A stretch of 64,000 bases of DNA from an uncultured delta proteobacterium (GCA_963808235.1 CAWEEQ010000004.1:3328001-3392000); one strand, 5' to 3'. Counted from the first letter of the stretch, positions 19,390 through 30,299 are shown. The notes: generated by a model not told the origin, from the sequence alone. Made by a program: numbers and translations.

Positions 19390-19940
19390 CGCGCGAACCG
19401 GCAAGAATTCCCGCGTCGGCGATGCTGACGCATTTCACCCGCGCCTCGACCACCGCCACCGCGCTCGACAACCTGGTTGCGATTCTCAAAGACAATCTCA
19501 TCCGCGGCGGCTCCGGGATGATTCGCGGCGGGCGTCGAGCGGTTTGCATGTTCGACGTGCCGATCGAAGAACTGGGCACGATCCTGGACCGGCGCAATCG
19601 CCGCCGCTATGAACCATTCGGGATCGCGGTCGACAAACGGTATGCTTTCACCGTGGGCGCGCGTCCGGTGATCTATTTGCCATGGCAGGAGGCGGAAAAA
19701 ATCCTGCCCGCTGAGGAGAGCTGGCGCGTCGTGTCTTTCGAGATGGACAAGAATCCGCCCATCGATTGGACCTTCGAGCGTGAGTGGCGCGTCGCCGACG
19801 AATTGCGGTTTGACCCAATGCTCGCCGCCGCGCTGGTCGAAACCTGGAAGGACGTGGACGAAATTTTCGAGCGCTTCGGCGGCCGCCCACCGTGCGCCGG
19901 CGTGATCCCGATCGCCGAGATGTTCAACTCGCCCACCTGA
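19386..19940 (+). CDS. Hypothetical protein, AbiGi/DUF2971-like (probable ADP-ribosyltransferase fold)
   Basis: LTHFT...AVCMFDVP...YEPFGIAVDK...GARPVIY...DWTFEREWR; ATGA overlap with ybeY and TGATG overlap with lnt. Confidence 0.65.
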   Translation: MTREPARIPASAMLTHFTRASTTATALDNLVAILKDNLIRGGSGMIRGGRRAVCMFDVPIEELGTILDRRNRRRYEPFGIAVDKRYAFTVGARPVIYLPWQEAEKILPAEESWRVVSFEMDKNPPIDWTFEREWRVADELRFDPMLAAALVETWKDVDEIFERFGGRPPCAGVIPIAEMFNSPT

Positions 19941-21586
19941 TGGCCGTCTCGATGTCCTGGACCAACCCAACCCGCGCGGCGCTGGTCGTCGCAAGCGGCC
20001 TCGCGGTGGGGCTGGCATTTCCGAAGTTCGACTACGGGCTTCTCGCGTGGGTGGCATTCGTGCCGCTCTTCTACGCGATCGAAGGCGAAAGTCTCCGCCG
20101 CGTGTTTTGGTGGGCATGGCTGCAGGGCTTCGCCTCGTACGTCGCGTCACTCTACTGGATTCCGATTCCGCTGCACGATTTCGCCGACGTGAGAATGGAA
20201 TTTGCGATCTTGCCGATGCTTCTGTTGGCGGGAATCGTCGCGATCGACACCGCGGTTGCGATTTGGGCCGGCGAGTTCGTTGCGCGGCGAACTCGAATTC
20301 CCGCGGTGCTCACGATGCCGATCGCGTGGACGGCGGTCGAATGGATCCGCTCCTACTTTCCGCTTCCGTTTCCCTGGAACCTGCTCGGCTACACCGCATA
20401 TCGAAATCTCGAGCTGATTCAGTTCGCCGAGTTCACCGGCGTTTACGGAGTCTCGGCGCTGATCATGTTTTTCAACGCGGTCGTGTACATCGTGATCTTC
20501 CGCCGCGGCACTTATCGATTGCAGACCTTGAGCCTGAGCGCGTTGACTGCGACGATGATCCTGCTGGTCGTGTTTGGCACCTGGCGAATCAGCAATCTCA
20601 AAAATGCGCGAAGCGAGGGGACCTTCAAGGTCGCGATGGTGCAGGGCAATATCCCGCAATCGCTGAAGTGGGATCCGAAATTTCTGCCGGACAGTTACAA
20701 AGTCTACCAGGACGAAACCGCGAACGCGGCAAAGCGCGGCGCAGACTTGATCGTATGGCCTGAAGCTGCGGCGGCGTTTCTGTTCCAGCCCGACGATCAA
20801 TATCCCGCCTCGCTCACCGAAGACGCCACGTATCGCACCAGGCTTCTCACGCTTGCGCACGATATCGGCGATCCCATTCTGTTCGGCGCGCCAGCGCTGG
20901 CAGTGCAGGATGGTCGCGTCGTCGGATTTTACAATCGCGCCTACCTGGTTTCCGGCAAGGGCGAAGTGGAAACGCATTACGACAAGATGCAACTGGTGCC
21001 GTTCGGCGAGTATGTTCCCGCGCGCTCGATCCTCGGGTTCTTCGTCAACCGCGTCGTTCAGGGTATGGGCGATATGGTGCCGGGCGACCGGCAAACGCTC
21101 TTCTCAGTAAAGGGCGCGACCCTCGGAGTTCTGATCTGCTACGAGAGCATCTTTCCCGACCTGACCCGGCGCGAGGTCAAGCTCGGCGCCAACGTGCTGG
21201 TGAATATCACCAACGACGCGTGGTACGGAGAGAGTTCGGCGCCGTATCAAGTGCTCGCGATGGCGGCGATGCGTTCCGTCGAAACGAAAGTCCCGATGGT
21301 GCGGGCCGCGAATACCGGAATCAGCGCGATCATCGAGCCCTCGGGACGAATCACAAATCGCACCCCGCTGTTCAAACGCGGCACCGAGATCGAGGACGTA
21401 TCGTGGCGCCCGGTGCGGACCCTCTACACCCTGGTCGGTGATCTGTTCGCGGAGATTTGCTTCGTGCTGTCGATGATAGGGTTGGTGTGGGCGTGGCGAT
21501 GGCCGAGCACCGCCACGGTTGATGTCATCCCGGTGCGTAAACTCTCCAGCAACGGTGCGCGACGGCGCGCGCGTCAGAGCCATTAA
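19940..21586 (+). CDS. lnt: Apolipoprotein N-acyltransferase
   Basis: FPWNLLGY, VQGNIPQ, WPEAA, YDKMQLVPFGEY, ICYESIFP, TNDAWYG, RAANTGIS. Confidence 0.97.
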   Translation: MAVSMSWTNPTRAALVVASGLAVGLAFPKFDYGLLAWVAFVPLFYAIEGESLRRVFWWAWLQGFASYVASLYWIPIPLHDFADVRMEFAILPMLLLAGIVAIDTAVAIWAGEFVARRTRIPAVLTMPIAWTAVEWIRSYFPLPFPWNLLGYTAYRNLELIQFAEFTGVYGVSALIMFFNAVVYIVIFRRGTYRLQTLSLSALTATMILLVVFGTWRISNLKNARSEGTFKVAMVQGNIPQSLKWDPKFLPDSYKVYQDETANAAKRGADLIVWPEAAAAFLFQPDDQYPASLTEDATYRTRLLTLAHDIGDPILFGAPALAVQDGRVVGFYNRAYLVSGKGEVETHYDKMQLVPFGEYVPARSILGFFVNRVVQGMGDMVPGDRQTLFSVKGATLGVLICYESIFPDLTRREVKLGANVLVNITNDAWYGESSAPYQVLAMAAMRSVETKVPMVRAANTGISAIIEPSGRITNRTPLFKRGTEIEDVSWRPVRTLYTLVGDLFAEICFVLSMIGLVWAWRWPSTATVDVIPVRKLSSNGARRRARQSH

Positions 21587-21641
21587 GTCGCGCGCCGCGA
21601 TATGGCAGAATAGAAAATCAACACCGAGGTAAACATCTCCA

Positions 21642-22770
21642 ATGCTCAGCGATATGAAACAGCAGCTTTCCGAGTACGAAGACCGCGCCGAGAAGCTCGG
21701 GAGGCGTCTTTGACGTCCCGGCACTGACCGTCCGCCAGAATCAACTCGTCGAACAATCCGCAAAGCCCGACTTCTGGGACCGGCAGGAAACCGCGCAGGC
21801 CGCGCTCAAGGAGCAGGAGCAGATTCGCGCCCAGCTCAGTGGGTACAAGATGCTTCGCGACAAGCTCGACGAGGCTCGCGTGTTCCTGCAGATGGCCGAG
21901 GAAGAAGGCGGTGACGATTCCGAGGCGGCGCGCGAAACGCAGTCGGCGCTGGATGCGTCGCGCGCAGAGCTCGAGCGCCACGAACTGCGCCTGATGCTCG
22001 GCGGCGAGTACGATCGCCTGGGCGCGATCGTGTCGATTCATCCTGGCGCCGGCGGGATGGAAGCTCAGGACTGGGCCGAGATGCTGCTGCGGCTGTATCT
22101 GCGATGGGCCGAGCGGCGCGGCTTCAAGACTGATATCGCCGATCTGCAACCGGGCGACGGCGCCGGCATCAAGAGCGCGACCGTCGATGTCGAAGGAGAG
22201 TTCGCGTACGGATATCTGCGCGCCGAAGCCGGCATCCATCGACTGGTCCGAATCTCGCCGTACGACGCGAACGCGCGGCGGCATACCTCGTTCGCGTCGG
22301 TGTTTGTATTCCCCGCGGTCGACGACAAAGTTGAGATAACTATCAATCCCGCGGATTTGCGCATCGACACGTTTCGCGCGTCGGGCGCCGGCGGCCAGCA
22401 CGTCAACAAGACCGATTCAGCGGTGCGCTTCACCCATCTTCCGACCAATATTGTGGTGACCTGCCAGAACGAGCGCTCGCAGCATAAGAACCGCGCGATG
22501 GCGATGAAGATCCTGCGCGCGCGCCTGTTCGAACTCGAGCAGCGCAAGAAAAAAGAAGAGCTCGAAAAATTCAGCAAGGACAAAAAAGAGATCGCGTGGG
22601 GCAGCCAGATCCGATCGTACGTGCTGCAGCCCTATCAGATGGTGAAGGACCATCGCACCGGCGTCGAGATCGGCAACACCGGCGCAGTGCTCGACGGTGC
22701 GATCGACGAATTTATCCAGGCCTACCTGATGGGCGTGCGCAAGGGCGACGCCGACTCGGTGCCGAACTAG
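21642..22770 (+). CDS. prfB: Peptide chain release factor 2 (programmed +1 frameshift)
   Basis: ATG 21642 MLSDMKQQ...GRRL, then CTT TGA C; SPY motif (ISPYDA), GAGGQHVN. Confidence 0.97.
21699..21714 (+). promoter_or_regulatory. RF2 +1 ribosomal frameshift signal
   Basis: GGGAGG internal SD, 3-nt spacer, CTTTGAC slippery site. Confidence 0.95.
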
Positions 22771-22855
22771 GATCGCTCGCACCTTCGCCTTGCGTCGCAC
22801 GGGGCGAGTGATCAAAGTTGCAGTAGCATCGGTAGTTTCTTCGAAGGAGTGCGCA

Positions 22856-23569
22856 ATGATCGACGTATATTTCTGGCCGACGCCGAACGGTTACAAGATC
22901 ACCTGGATGCTCGAGGAAGTCGGGCTCAAGTACAACATCGTGCAGGTCAATATCGGCGCGGGCGATCAGTTCAAGCCCGAGTTCCTGAAGATCAGCCCGA
23001 ACAACCGGATGCCGGCGATCACCGATCCGGACGGGCCGGGCGGAAAACCGATTTCGATTTTCGAGTCAGGCGCCATCCTCATGTACCTCGCGGAAAAGAC
23101 CGGCAAGCTGATGCCGTCCGACACGCGCGCGAAATACAACGTGATCCAGTGGCTGATGTTCCAGATGGCCAGCGTCGGGCCGATGCTCGGCCAGGCGCAT
23201 CACTTTCGCCGCTACGCACCGGAAAAACTCGAGTACGCGATCAATCGCTACACCAACGAAGCCAAGCGCATCTACGGAGTGATCGACAAACGGCTCGGCG
23301 AAGCCAAGTATCTCGCCGGCGAGTATTCGATCGCGGACATTGCGACCTATCCGTGGCTGGTGCCGCACTCGATGCAGGGGCAGAACCTCGAAGACTTCCC
23401 GAATCTGAAGCGATGGTACGACGAGCTTCGCGCCCGGCCTGCAACGCAGCGTGGATTCGCCGTGATGGCGGAGGAAGTCGCAAAAATGCGGGCGGCGATG
23501 CAGCAGCCGCAGCAAGACAAAAAATCATGGGACAATCTGTTCGGCAACAAGCAGTTCGAAAAACGCTAG
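22856..23569 (+). CDS. Glutathione S-transferase, Nu-class (YfcG/YghU-like)
   Basis: WPTPNG, ISPNNRMPAI, FESGAIL, YSIADIA; AAGGAG RBS. Confidence 0.93.
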   Translation: MIDVYFWPTPNGYKITWMLEEVGLKYNIVQVNIGAGDQFKPEFLKISPNNRMPAITDPDGPGGKPISIFESGAILMYLAEKTGKLMPSDTRAKYNVIQWLMFQMASVGPMLGQAHHFRRYAPEKLEYAINRYTNEAKRIYGVIDKRLGEAKYLAGEYSIADIATYPWLVPHSMQGQNLEDFPNLKRWYDELRARPATQRGFAVMAEEVAKMRAAMQQPQQDKKSWDNLFGNKQFEKR

Positions 23570-23572
23570 CGC

Positions 23573-24496
23573 TTACGATTTGAGTTTGGTCGCGCCGTCG
23601 AGCAGGCGCATCAGGGCATAGACCGTTTCGTTCGCGGGCACGCTGATACCGTGGCGGCGCGCCGCGCGGACCACGGCGCCGCTGAGCGCTTCGTATTCAA
23701 GCGCCTTGCCGTGCTCCAGATCCTGCTGCGTCGAGGTTTTTAGCGCGCGCAGATTTTTCTGCGAGTGCGCTATGTATGCCTCGATTCGGTCGTAGGAAAT
23801 TTGCGCACCCTCGGCGCGTGCGACATCCACAATTTCCTTCATGAGGGAGCGCAGCAGTTTCATGCTCTCGATGTCGTCGAGAATTTCGCCAACGCGCCGG
23901 CGGGTCAGGGTCGCCACGGTGTTCATCGCGCCGTTCCACACCAGCTTGTCCCACCTGAGCGTCATGATGTGTTCGGAGAGCTCGCCCAATATCCCGGAGC
24001 GCTCGAAGACAGCGGCGATCGCCTTCGCGCGCTCGCTCACGCCTCCATCGAGTTCGCCGAAGTCGATGTGACCGGTGCTCAGGTGAACGATTTTGCCGGG
24101 CGCGACTATCTCGACTCCCACTCGCGCATTACCGCCCATCACGGCGTCGCGGCCGAAGATTGCGGCGAGGTTAGCCTCGTTCTCGACCCCGTTCTGAATT
24201 GTAAGGATCGCGCCGCCCGCCTTGAGGCATCCTTCGATCGAGCGCGCGGCTGCATTGGTGTCGTAGGCCTTTACGCAGAACAGGATCAGATCGTACGGCG
24301 CAGAGTCGCGCGGGGTATCGGTGGAAGCGATTTCGACTTTCAGATCGCCGCGGATGCTCGCGATCTCGAGTCCACGCTCGCGAATCGCGCGTAGATGCTC
24401 GCCGCGTGCGCACAGGACCACGTCCTCGCCGGCCGCGCGAAGCCGCGCGCCGAAGTATGAGCCCACCGCGCCCGCGCCCATCACCAGTATTTTCAT
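23573..24496 (-). CDS. panE: 2-dehydropantoate 2-reductase
   Basis: MKILVMGAGAVG, VKAYD, QNGV, WDKLVWN, STQQDL...LE. Confidence 0.9.
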   Translation of the reverse strand: MKILVMGAGAVGSYFGARLRAAGEDVVLCARGEHLRAIRERGLEIASIRGDLKVEIASTDTPRDSAPYDLILFCVKAYDTNAAARSIEGCLKAGGAILTIQNGVENEANLAAIFGRDAVMGGNARVGVEIVAPGKIVHLSTGHIDFGELDGGVSERAKAIAAVFERSGILGELSEHIMTLRWDKLVWNGAMNTVATLTRRRVGEILDDIESMKLLRSLMKEIVDVARAEGAQISYDRIEAYIAHSQKNLRALKTSTQQDLEHGKALEYEALSGAVVRAARRHGISVPANETVYALMRLLDGATKLKS

Positions 24497-24564
24497 AGCT
24501 GCTCGCATTACGGTCCTGGCTATCGTAGCCCGTCGCGATCCTGTTGTAATCACTTCGATCGACA

Positions 24565-25341
24565 ATGGAAGCTGGCACCGAAACCACTTTCCCGAGTTTG
24601 CGCGAACTGCTGTTCGAGGCGGTGCTCGCGGTCGCGACGCTTACCCTGTGGCCCATCCTCGATGAGAGATCGCAGGGCACTTCGGCCGAGCGCTCGCGCT
24701 CGATGGTTTTTTTTCCGATCGTCGGTTTCATCCTTGGCGTACTACTGGCGATTTCCGATTCCGCGATGGGCTTGGTGCTCGACCCGACCGCAAGGTCCTT
24801 CGCAACCCTGATGCTTGCCGAGGCGCTCTCACTTGGACTCGCAAGCCGCGGGATTGCCGATACCGTCGAAGTCCTGCGCCGTGGGACGCGGCCGGCGTCC
24901 ACAGGACTGACGCGCATCGGGCCGTTTGGCGCGATCGCATCGATCGTCGTGTTTGCGATCGAAGTCTGGTGTCTTTCGCGAATCAACGATCAGGCCGGAC
25001 GCTCGAGCGCGTTGGTGTTGGCGATGATGCTCTCGCGATGGGCGATCGTGCCGATCGGCTACGGACTGAAGCCGCTCGAACACTGGGGCCTCGGCATCCC
25101 GTACGAAGGCGGCATCTCGTTTCGCGAGTTCGCAGTCTCCAGCGTGGTCGCGCTCGGACTCACGATGGGGCTCTATCAAAATGTCGGACTCGCGGTGATC
25201 GTGGCGCTCGCGCTTACGGTGCTGGCGGTGCGGCTTACATTGAGCGCGCGGATGAAGGGCGCGTCGGGCTACATGCTCGCGGGCGGTTGCGCGCTGATCG
25301 AAGTCGTAACCTTCGCGGTGCTCGCGGCACTTCGCGTCTAG
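24565..25341 (+). CDS. CobS-like membrane protein (degenerate motifs)
   Basis: FLTxxP-like TLTLWP, FFPIVG, IGPFG and GASGYMLAG match the CobS layout, but the HxDG/DxxDG signature is eroded. Confidence 0.7.
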   Translation: MEAGTETTFPSLRELLFEAVLAVATLTLWPILDERSQGTSAERSRSMVFFPIVGFILGVLLAISDSAMGLVLDPTARSFATLMLAEALSLGLASRGIADTVEVLRRGTRPASTGLTRIGPFGAIASIVVFAIEVWCLSRINDQAGRSSALVLAMMLSRWAIVPIGYGLKPLEHWGLGIPYEGGISFREFAVSSVVALGLTMGLYQNVGLAVIVALALTVLAVRLTLSARMKGASGYMLAGGCALIEVVTFAVLAALRV

Positions 25342-25943
25342 CCATTGCGGCGGATTGCGTCCGACCAGATCTGGCCCAGGACTTCGCGCAGTTCGTCGAG
25401 CGATCCATTGTTGTCGATCACGAGGCTCGCATGCTTCGCGCGTTCCTCGTCGGAAAGTTGCGCGCGGATACGCGCCTCGGTCTCGGCAGGTTTCAGTCCG
25501 CGTTGGCGCTCGATCCTATCGATCACCGCCTGACGCGTCGCGCGCACCAGCCATATCTCGTCGAACAGTGGCTGCCACTTTGCCTCGATCAAGATCGCCG
25601 CTTCTACAATGATGGGCGTCTTTATTCCGCGCGCACGCAAATCGGTGACGTTCGCTCGAATCGCCCCGAACGTGGCGGGCCATACGATTGAAGTAAGCTT
25701 GCTCAACCGCTCCGGATTTCCGAACACGATCGCGCCGAGTTTCTTGCGATCGATGGTCCGATCGGGCGCCAGGACCTCCGCGCCGAAAGCATCGAGGACC
25801 GCATCGTATGCAGCGCCTCCGGGCGCGTAGGTTGTGTGCGCGACTTTGTCTGCGTCGACGATCGGTGCGCCGAACTCGCTTAAGATTTTCGCCGCCGTAC
25901 TCTTGCCCGAGCCGATTCCGCCGGTGAGACCGATTGTAAGCAT
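25338..25943 (-). CDS. coaE: Dephospho-CoA kinase
   Basis: IGLTGGIGSGKST, VDAD, IDRKKLGAIVF. Confidence 0.96.
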   Translation of the reverse strand: MLTIGLTGGIGSGKSTAAKILSEFGAPIVDADKVAHTTYAPGGAAYDAVLDAFGAEVLAPDRTIDRKKLGAIVFGNPERLSKLTSIVWPATFGAIRANVTDLRARGIKTPIIVEAAILIEAKWQPLFDEIWLVRATRQAVIDRIERQRGLKPAETEARIRAQLSDEERAKHASLVIDNNGSLDELREVLGQIWSDAIRRNG

Positions 25944-25950
25944 CTATATT

Positions 25951-27729
25951 TCAGCCCGCGGCTTCGCGGCTCCACGTCTGGATGTTGTACAGGTAGCTGA
26001 AGAAACCGCCCTGGGCCAGCAGCTCGTCGAACGAACCCTGCTCTGCGATCACGCCGTCGCGCAACACCAAAATCCGATCGGCGTTCTGAATCGTCGAGAG
26101 CCGATGCGCGATAACGACCGTCGTTCGCCCGCGCATCGCCTCGCGCACGGCGGCGAGCACCATCGATTCAGTTTCACTATCGAGCGCGCTGGTCGGCTCG
26201 TCCATGATCAGTATCGGCGCATCCTTCAACAGCGCGCGCGCGATCGTGACGCGCTGCGCCTCACCCTCTGACAGGCTGTGACCGCCTTGGCCGACCAATT
26301 CATCGAGACCCGACGGAAGCTTCGCGAGTATCGGCCCGAGCCGCGCCATCTCGATCGCGCGCATGACCTGCGCGTCGTCGACGATCGGCTTCCCGAATGC
26401 GACGTTCACGCGAAGCGTGTCGCCGAGCACCAGCGGCGGCTGGAGAACCATCGCGATATTTCCGCGAATCGAGTCGAGCGTGAGGTAGCGGGTGTCGTTG
26501 CCGTCGATTTTGATCGCACCTTCCTGTGGTTCGTAAAAGCGCGCGAGCAGGCTGGCCATGGTCGTTTTTCCGGAACCACTCGGCCCCACGATCGCAATCG
26601 TCTCGCCCTGGCGAGCTTTGAAGTTGATCCCCTTCAGCACCGCGCGGCCGGGTTCGTAGCCGAATACGACATTTTCGAATTCAATCTCGCCGCGCGCACG
26701 TCCGAGCGCGCGCGCGCCGGAACGGTCTTTGATTTCCGGATCGATCGCGAGCAGCTCAAGGCATCTCCGGAGCCCCGCTTTCGCGCCCTCGATTTGTCCG
26801 TAAGTCTGCGAAATCTGGTTCACCGGCGCGTAGAGCGACGCAAGGTAAGTGGTGAAAACGATCAGCTCGCCGATCGTCAGTCGTCCGCTGAGCGTATGCT
26901 CCGCGCCGATAAAAATAACCAGTGCTGTGCCGCACGCGATCAACACGCTGACCGCGCCGGCGTAAACCGTTTGCAAAGTATACAGACGCAGCGTCGCGTC
27001 CAGGCTCGCGCTGCTCGATTCGACAAACTCGCGGTACGATTCGCCCTCGCGGGTGAAGGCTTGCACCACGTGAATCGCGGCAAGCGCGCTCTGCGCGACG
27101 GTGAAAAGACGACTCTCCTTGATCCGCGCGCCGCCGGCGATCGCATCGATTCGTCCGCTGATCGACATGATCAGCAGGATCAACAACGGGACTATCGCAA
27201 GCGCGACAATCGTCAGCGTCGCATCCATTCTGATCATCACGGCAAACATGCCGGCGAGCAAAACCAGCGACGACAAGACCGGAAAAAATCCGTTCATCGC
27301 GATCGTCTGAATCGAGTAGGTGTCATAGGTGATCCGCACCATCAGGTCGCCGACTTCACGCCGCCGATGAAAAGAAAGCGAGAGCCGCTGCAAATGGTCG
27401 AACATGCGCGCGCGCAACTCGTTGACCATCCGCTGGCCGATCGAAATCGTGAGATAGTTGGTCATCACGTTGATGAGCCCGAGCAGGGCGTAGAGGATGA
27501 CCAGGCTGGTGCATGCGGCGGCGAGCAGTTCAGCGCGCGGCATCTGCGGGATCCATCGGCTCACCATCGGCGCGCCGCGGAGCACGTTGTCGATCACAAT
27601 TTTGAGCGGCCACGGCTTCAGCACTTCGGCCGCCGCCGCGAGCAGGACTCCCGCGATGGCAATCGAGAGCCGCCCCAGATGCGGCCGCATCCGGCGAACA
27701 ACGTGGCCATAAAGTTCCAGCGTGCGCAT
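25951..27729 (-). CDS. ABC exporter, fused permease/ATPase (MsbA/NdvA-like)
   Basis: TM domain, GPSGSGKT, LSEGEAQR, LIMDEPTSALD, IAHRLST; ATG 27729 overlaps the upstream TGA. Confidence 0.93.
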   Translation of the reverse strand: MRTLELYGHVVRRMRPHLGRLSIAIAGVLLAAAAEVLKPWPLKIVIDNVLRGAPMVSRWIPQMPRAELLAAACTSLVILYALLGLINVMTNYLTISIGQRMVNELRARMFDHLQRLSLSFHRRREVGDLMVRITYDTYSIQTIAMNGFFPVLSSLVLLAGMFAVMIRMDATLTIVALAIVPLLILLIMSISGRIDAIAGGARIKESRLFTVAQSALAAIHVVQAFTREGESYREFVESSSASLDATLRLYTLQTVYAGAVSVLIACGTALVIFIGAEHTLSGRLTIGELIVFTTYLASLYAPVNQISQTYGQIEGAKAGLRRCLELLAIDPEIKDRSGARALGRARGEIEFENVVFGYEPGRAVLKGINFKARQGETIAIVGPSGSGKTTMASLLARFYEPQEGAIKIDGNDTRYLTLDSIRGNIAMVLQPPLVLGDTLRVNVAFGKPIVDDAQVMRAIEMARLGPILAKLPSGLDELVGQGGHSLSEGEAQRVTIARALLKDAPILIMDEPTSALDSETESMVLAAVREAMRGRTTVVIAHRLSTIQNADRILVLRDGVIAEQGSFDELLAQGGFFSYLYNIQTWSREAAG

Positions 27730-30203
27730 CAGGCCTCGTCCGCCGCCGGTGCCATCGATATATGAAGTCGGCTCGGCGACTTCGCTTGTGCAGCTTTTGA
27801 CGATCGCGGAAATGCGCCGCGCTCGAATCAATGCGCATAGAGCGATCGCCACGACGGTGACGATTACACCGGCAATTGCCATATGAAGAGACAGTCCTGC
27901 CGCCAGCAGGATCAGCAACGCGACGGCTGCCGCGATTAAAGCCCGGCGCGGCTCGACTCGAATTCGCCACAGCAAAGACACTCGGCGATCTTTCTCGCGC
28001 ATGCGCATTGATCGGTATGCGAATCATCGGCGGCGCGACAATCTCAAGGTCGTAGGACTGGAAGCCATCGGTTTCGGCGACCGCCAGACCTCGGCGAACC
28101 AGCGCTGCGCGAATGGCCGCAAGCACGCTCGTGGAATCGACAGGAGCTGCGCCATCGCGTTCGGTCGAAACGAATTGGACGCAACGCTTGAATCCTGAAA
28201 CGCTTGAGGAATGCTCGGTCGCGATGCCGGAACCGTCGCGTGCGGATTCGAGACTCCATTTAACCCGCTCGCGCGCAAGACTTCGAAGCGGAGGTCCAAG
28301 CAGATTGAGGATCAAAAGATAAATTCGCGCCGTCGGTGCCGATCGCGCAGGCCGCAATGGAGCCGACGCAGCGCTCGCGGCTGCAACCAGAAGTGAGATC
28401 ATTATTCCCGCGCCGCCAATCACGCCGAGCAGCCGGTTCATCGCACCCAGGATCAAACAAATGACCGACACTGCGATCCATTGAATGGTCAGCGGCAATT
28501 CGGCGTACGAGTTGCCCGCGGAATACACGGTCTGAAAAAGTCCGCGCCCGAAGGCGCCATAATATACGCGCGGACCGCCGAGAATCGCCGCGACCCATGA
28601 CGGCCCCGCGTAGATTCCGTCCTCGGCCGCGTTGCGAAGCGGGTACCGGCGAAAGAGCAGGCCTTCGCCGACGCCATAGCCGCGTTGCTGAGCTAAATAT
28701 GCAGCCAGCGTAGCGCGACGCTCATGAATCACGGTCGCTCCAGGAGCATACGCGAGCGTTTCGCCCGATGCAGTCAGGCGCCACGATAGATCCACATCGT
28801 CGCCCGCGCTGGTGAATGCGGAATCGAAGCCGCCGATCTTCTCGAGCGCCGCTCTGGTGATCGCCATGTTGCATCCGCACAGTTGCGCGAGGTTATCGTC
28901 ACCCGCGCGCACCTCGCGCGGCAGCCCGGGCGCGGCGGCCATCGCCGCGGCGCGAGCAGAAGCAGGCGTCGGTGCAAAGTTGGGGCCCGATGCCGCGGCC
29001 GCGTCGCGGCGAGTAATCGTCTCGACCAAATGATATAGCCAGTCGCGATCGGGGCGCGCGTCGGCGTCGATGAACGCGATGATTTCGCCCGACGCCGCCT
29101 CAACTCCCGCATTGCGCGCCGCCGCGAGTCCACGATGCTCGACGCGAATTGCGCGCACTCCATCCTGTTCGGCGATCTGTGCTGTCGAATCGGTCGAGCC
29201 GTCATCGACGACGATGGTCTCGTAGTTGGGATAGTTCAACGTGCGAACGGATTCGAGGCAGTCGCGCAGTGTCGCCGCCGCGTTATAGGCAGGCACCACG
29301 ACGCTGGCTTTGGGAGCCATCGCGAGCGACGGCGGTAGATCGTGCGCGAAGACTTCTGCCAGCGCCTCGAAAGCCGGCTTCGGCGAGCGGTCGCGGCGCG
29401 TGACCCCGAATGCCCAATCCGTGATCTCCGCTCCACCGGTATGCCACTCGTCGGTGAAGGCAAACACGATGAACCCGCTAAGGCCAAGCTCGAATGCGGC
29501 GCGGCCTTGCCATGCGAGCAGCTCCGCCTGATGCGTCTTCGCCTTCGCGAATCGTATCCATGCCGGTTTCGCTGAGAATCAGGGGCAGCTCTCCAGCCTG
29601 CCCGATCAGATGCGTGAAATAGCGGCGGAAGTCTTCTTCGCGATGCAGATAAACATTGAATGAAATAAAATCGAGAAAACTCAGATCGAGATATTCGGCC
29701 GAAGGATAATTCGAGTAAGTGAATAGCGCGTCGGGTTCGATTTGTTTTCCGAGATCGTAAAGCTCGCCGAGGAAGCCGCTGACCGCGCGAGGCCCGTGCC
29801 ATCGCACGATATCCGATCGAATCTCGTTGCCGATGCTGTAGGCTGCAATCGTATCGCCAAATTCGCGCATCTCGCCGACGGTCTTTCGAATCGCGTCTCG
29901 AATATCGCGCTGCATGTCCCGTGAGTCGAGAAACGCCATGTGGAACGGCCACGGAATTCCAACCATCAGGCGAAGTCCTGCTTTGTGTGCCTCCTCAACC
30001 ATCCATGGCGGCGGCGGAACGTAGAGGCGGACCAGGTTTGCGCCAAGCTGGCGCATCAACGCAAAGTCGGCGGCCGCGCGCTCGGGCTCCGGGTATCGCT
30101 CACCGCGCGAATTCGGAATAAACGGACCGTACGAAACACCGCGAACGTAGAATTTTTCCGCCCCTTCGAAGAGGTACTTTCCGCGTGATACGAGGCGACC
30201 CAT
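27729..30203 (-). CDS. Glycoside hydrolase (clan A TIM barrel)-GT2 glycosyltransferase fusion with C-terminal TM helices; three apparent +1 insertions (about 29535, 28004, 27770)
   Basis: N-term RGVSYGPF, GNEI, SFNVYLH, LSETG; GT2 VVVPAYN, VDDGSTD, FIDADA, GDDVDLSWRL, QQRGYG. Confidence 0.82.
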
Positions 30204-30299
30204 GAACGATGAGCTAATCGCAAAGCGCCTTGGCGCGCAACGCGCATCCGGATCTGCGCTTGACATCATGCGACTCGCCCCGTGACAATTTAATCTCAC

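Noticed and set aside
25951-28008. 685-aa ABC transporter with extra N-terminal TM segment
   Set aside because: The extension is the frameshifted C-terminus of the upstream GT2 gene; the true start is ATG 27729.
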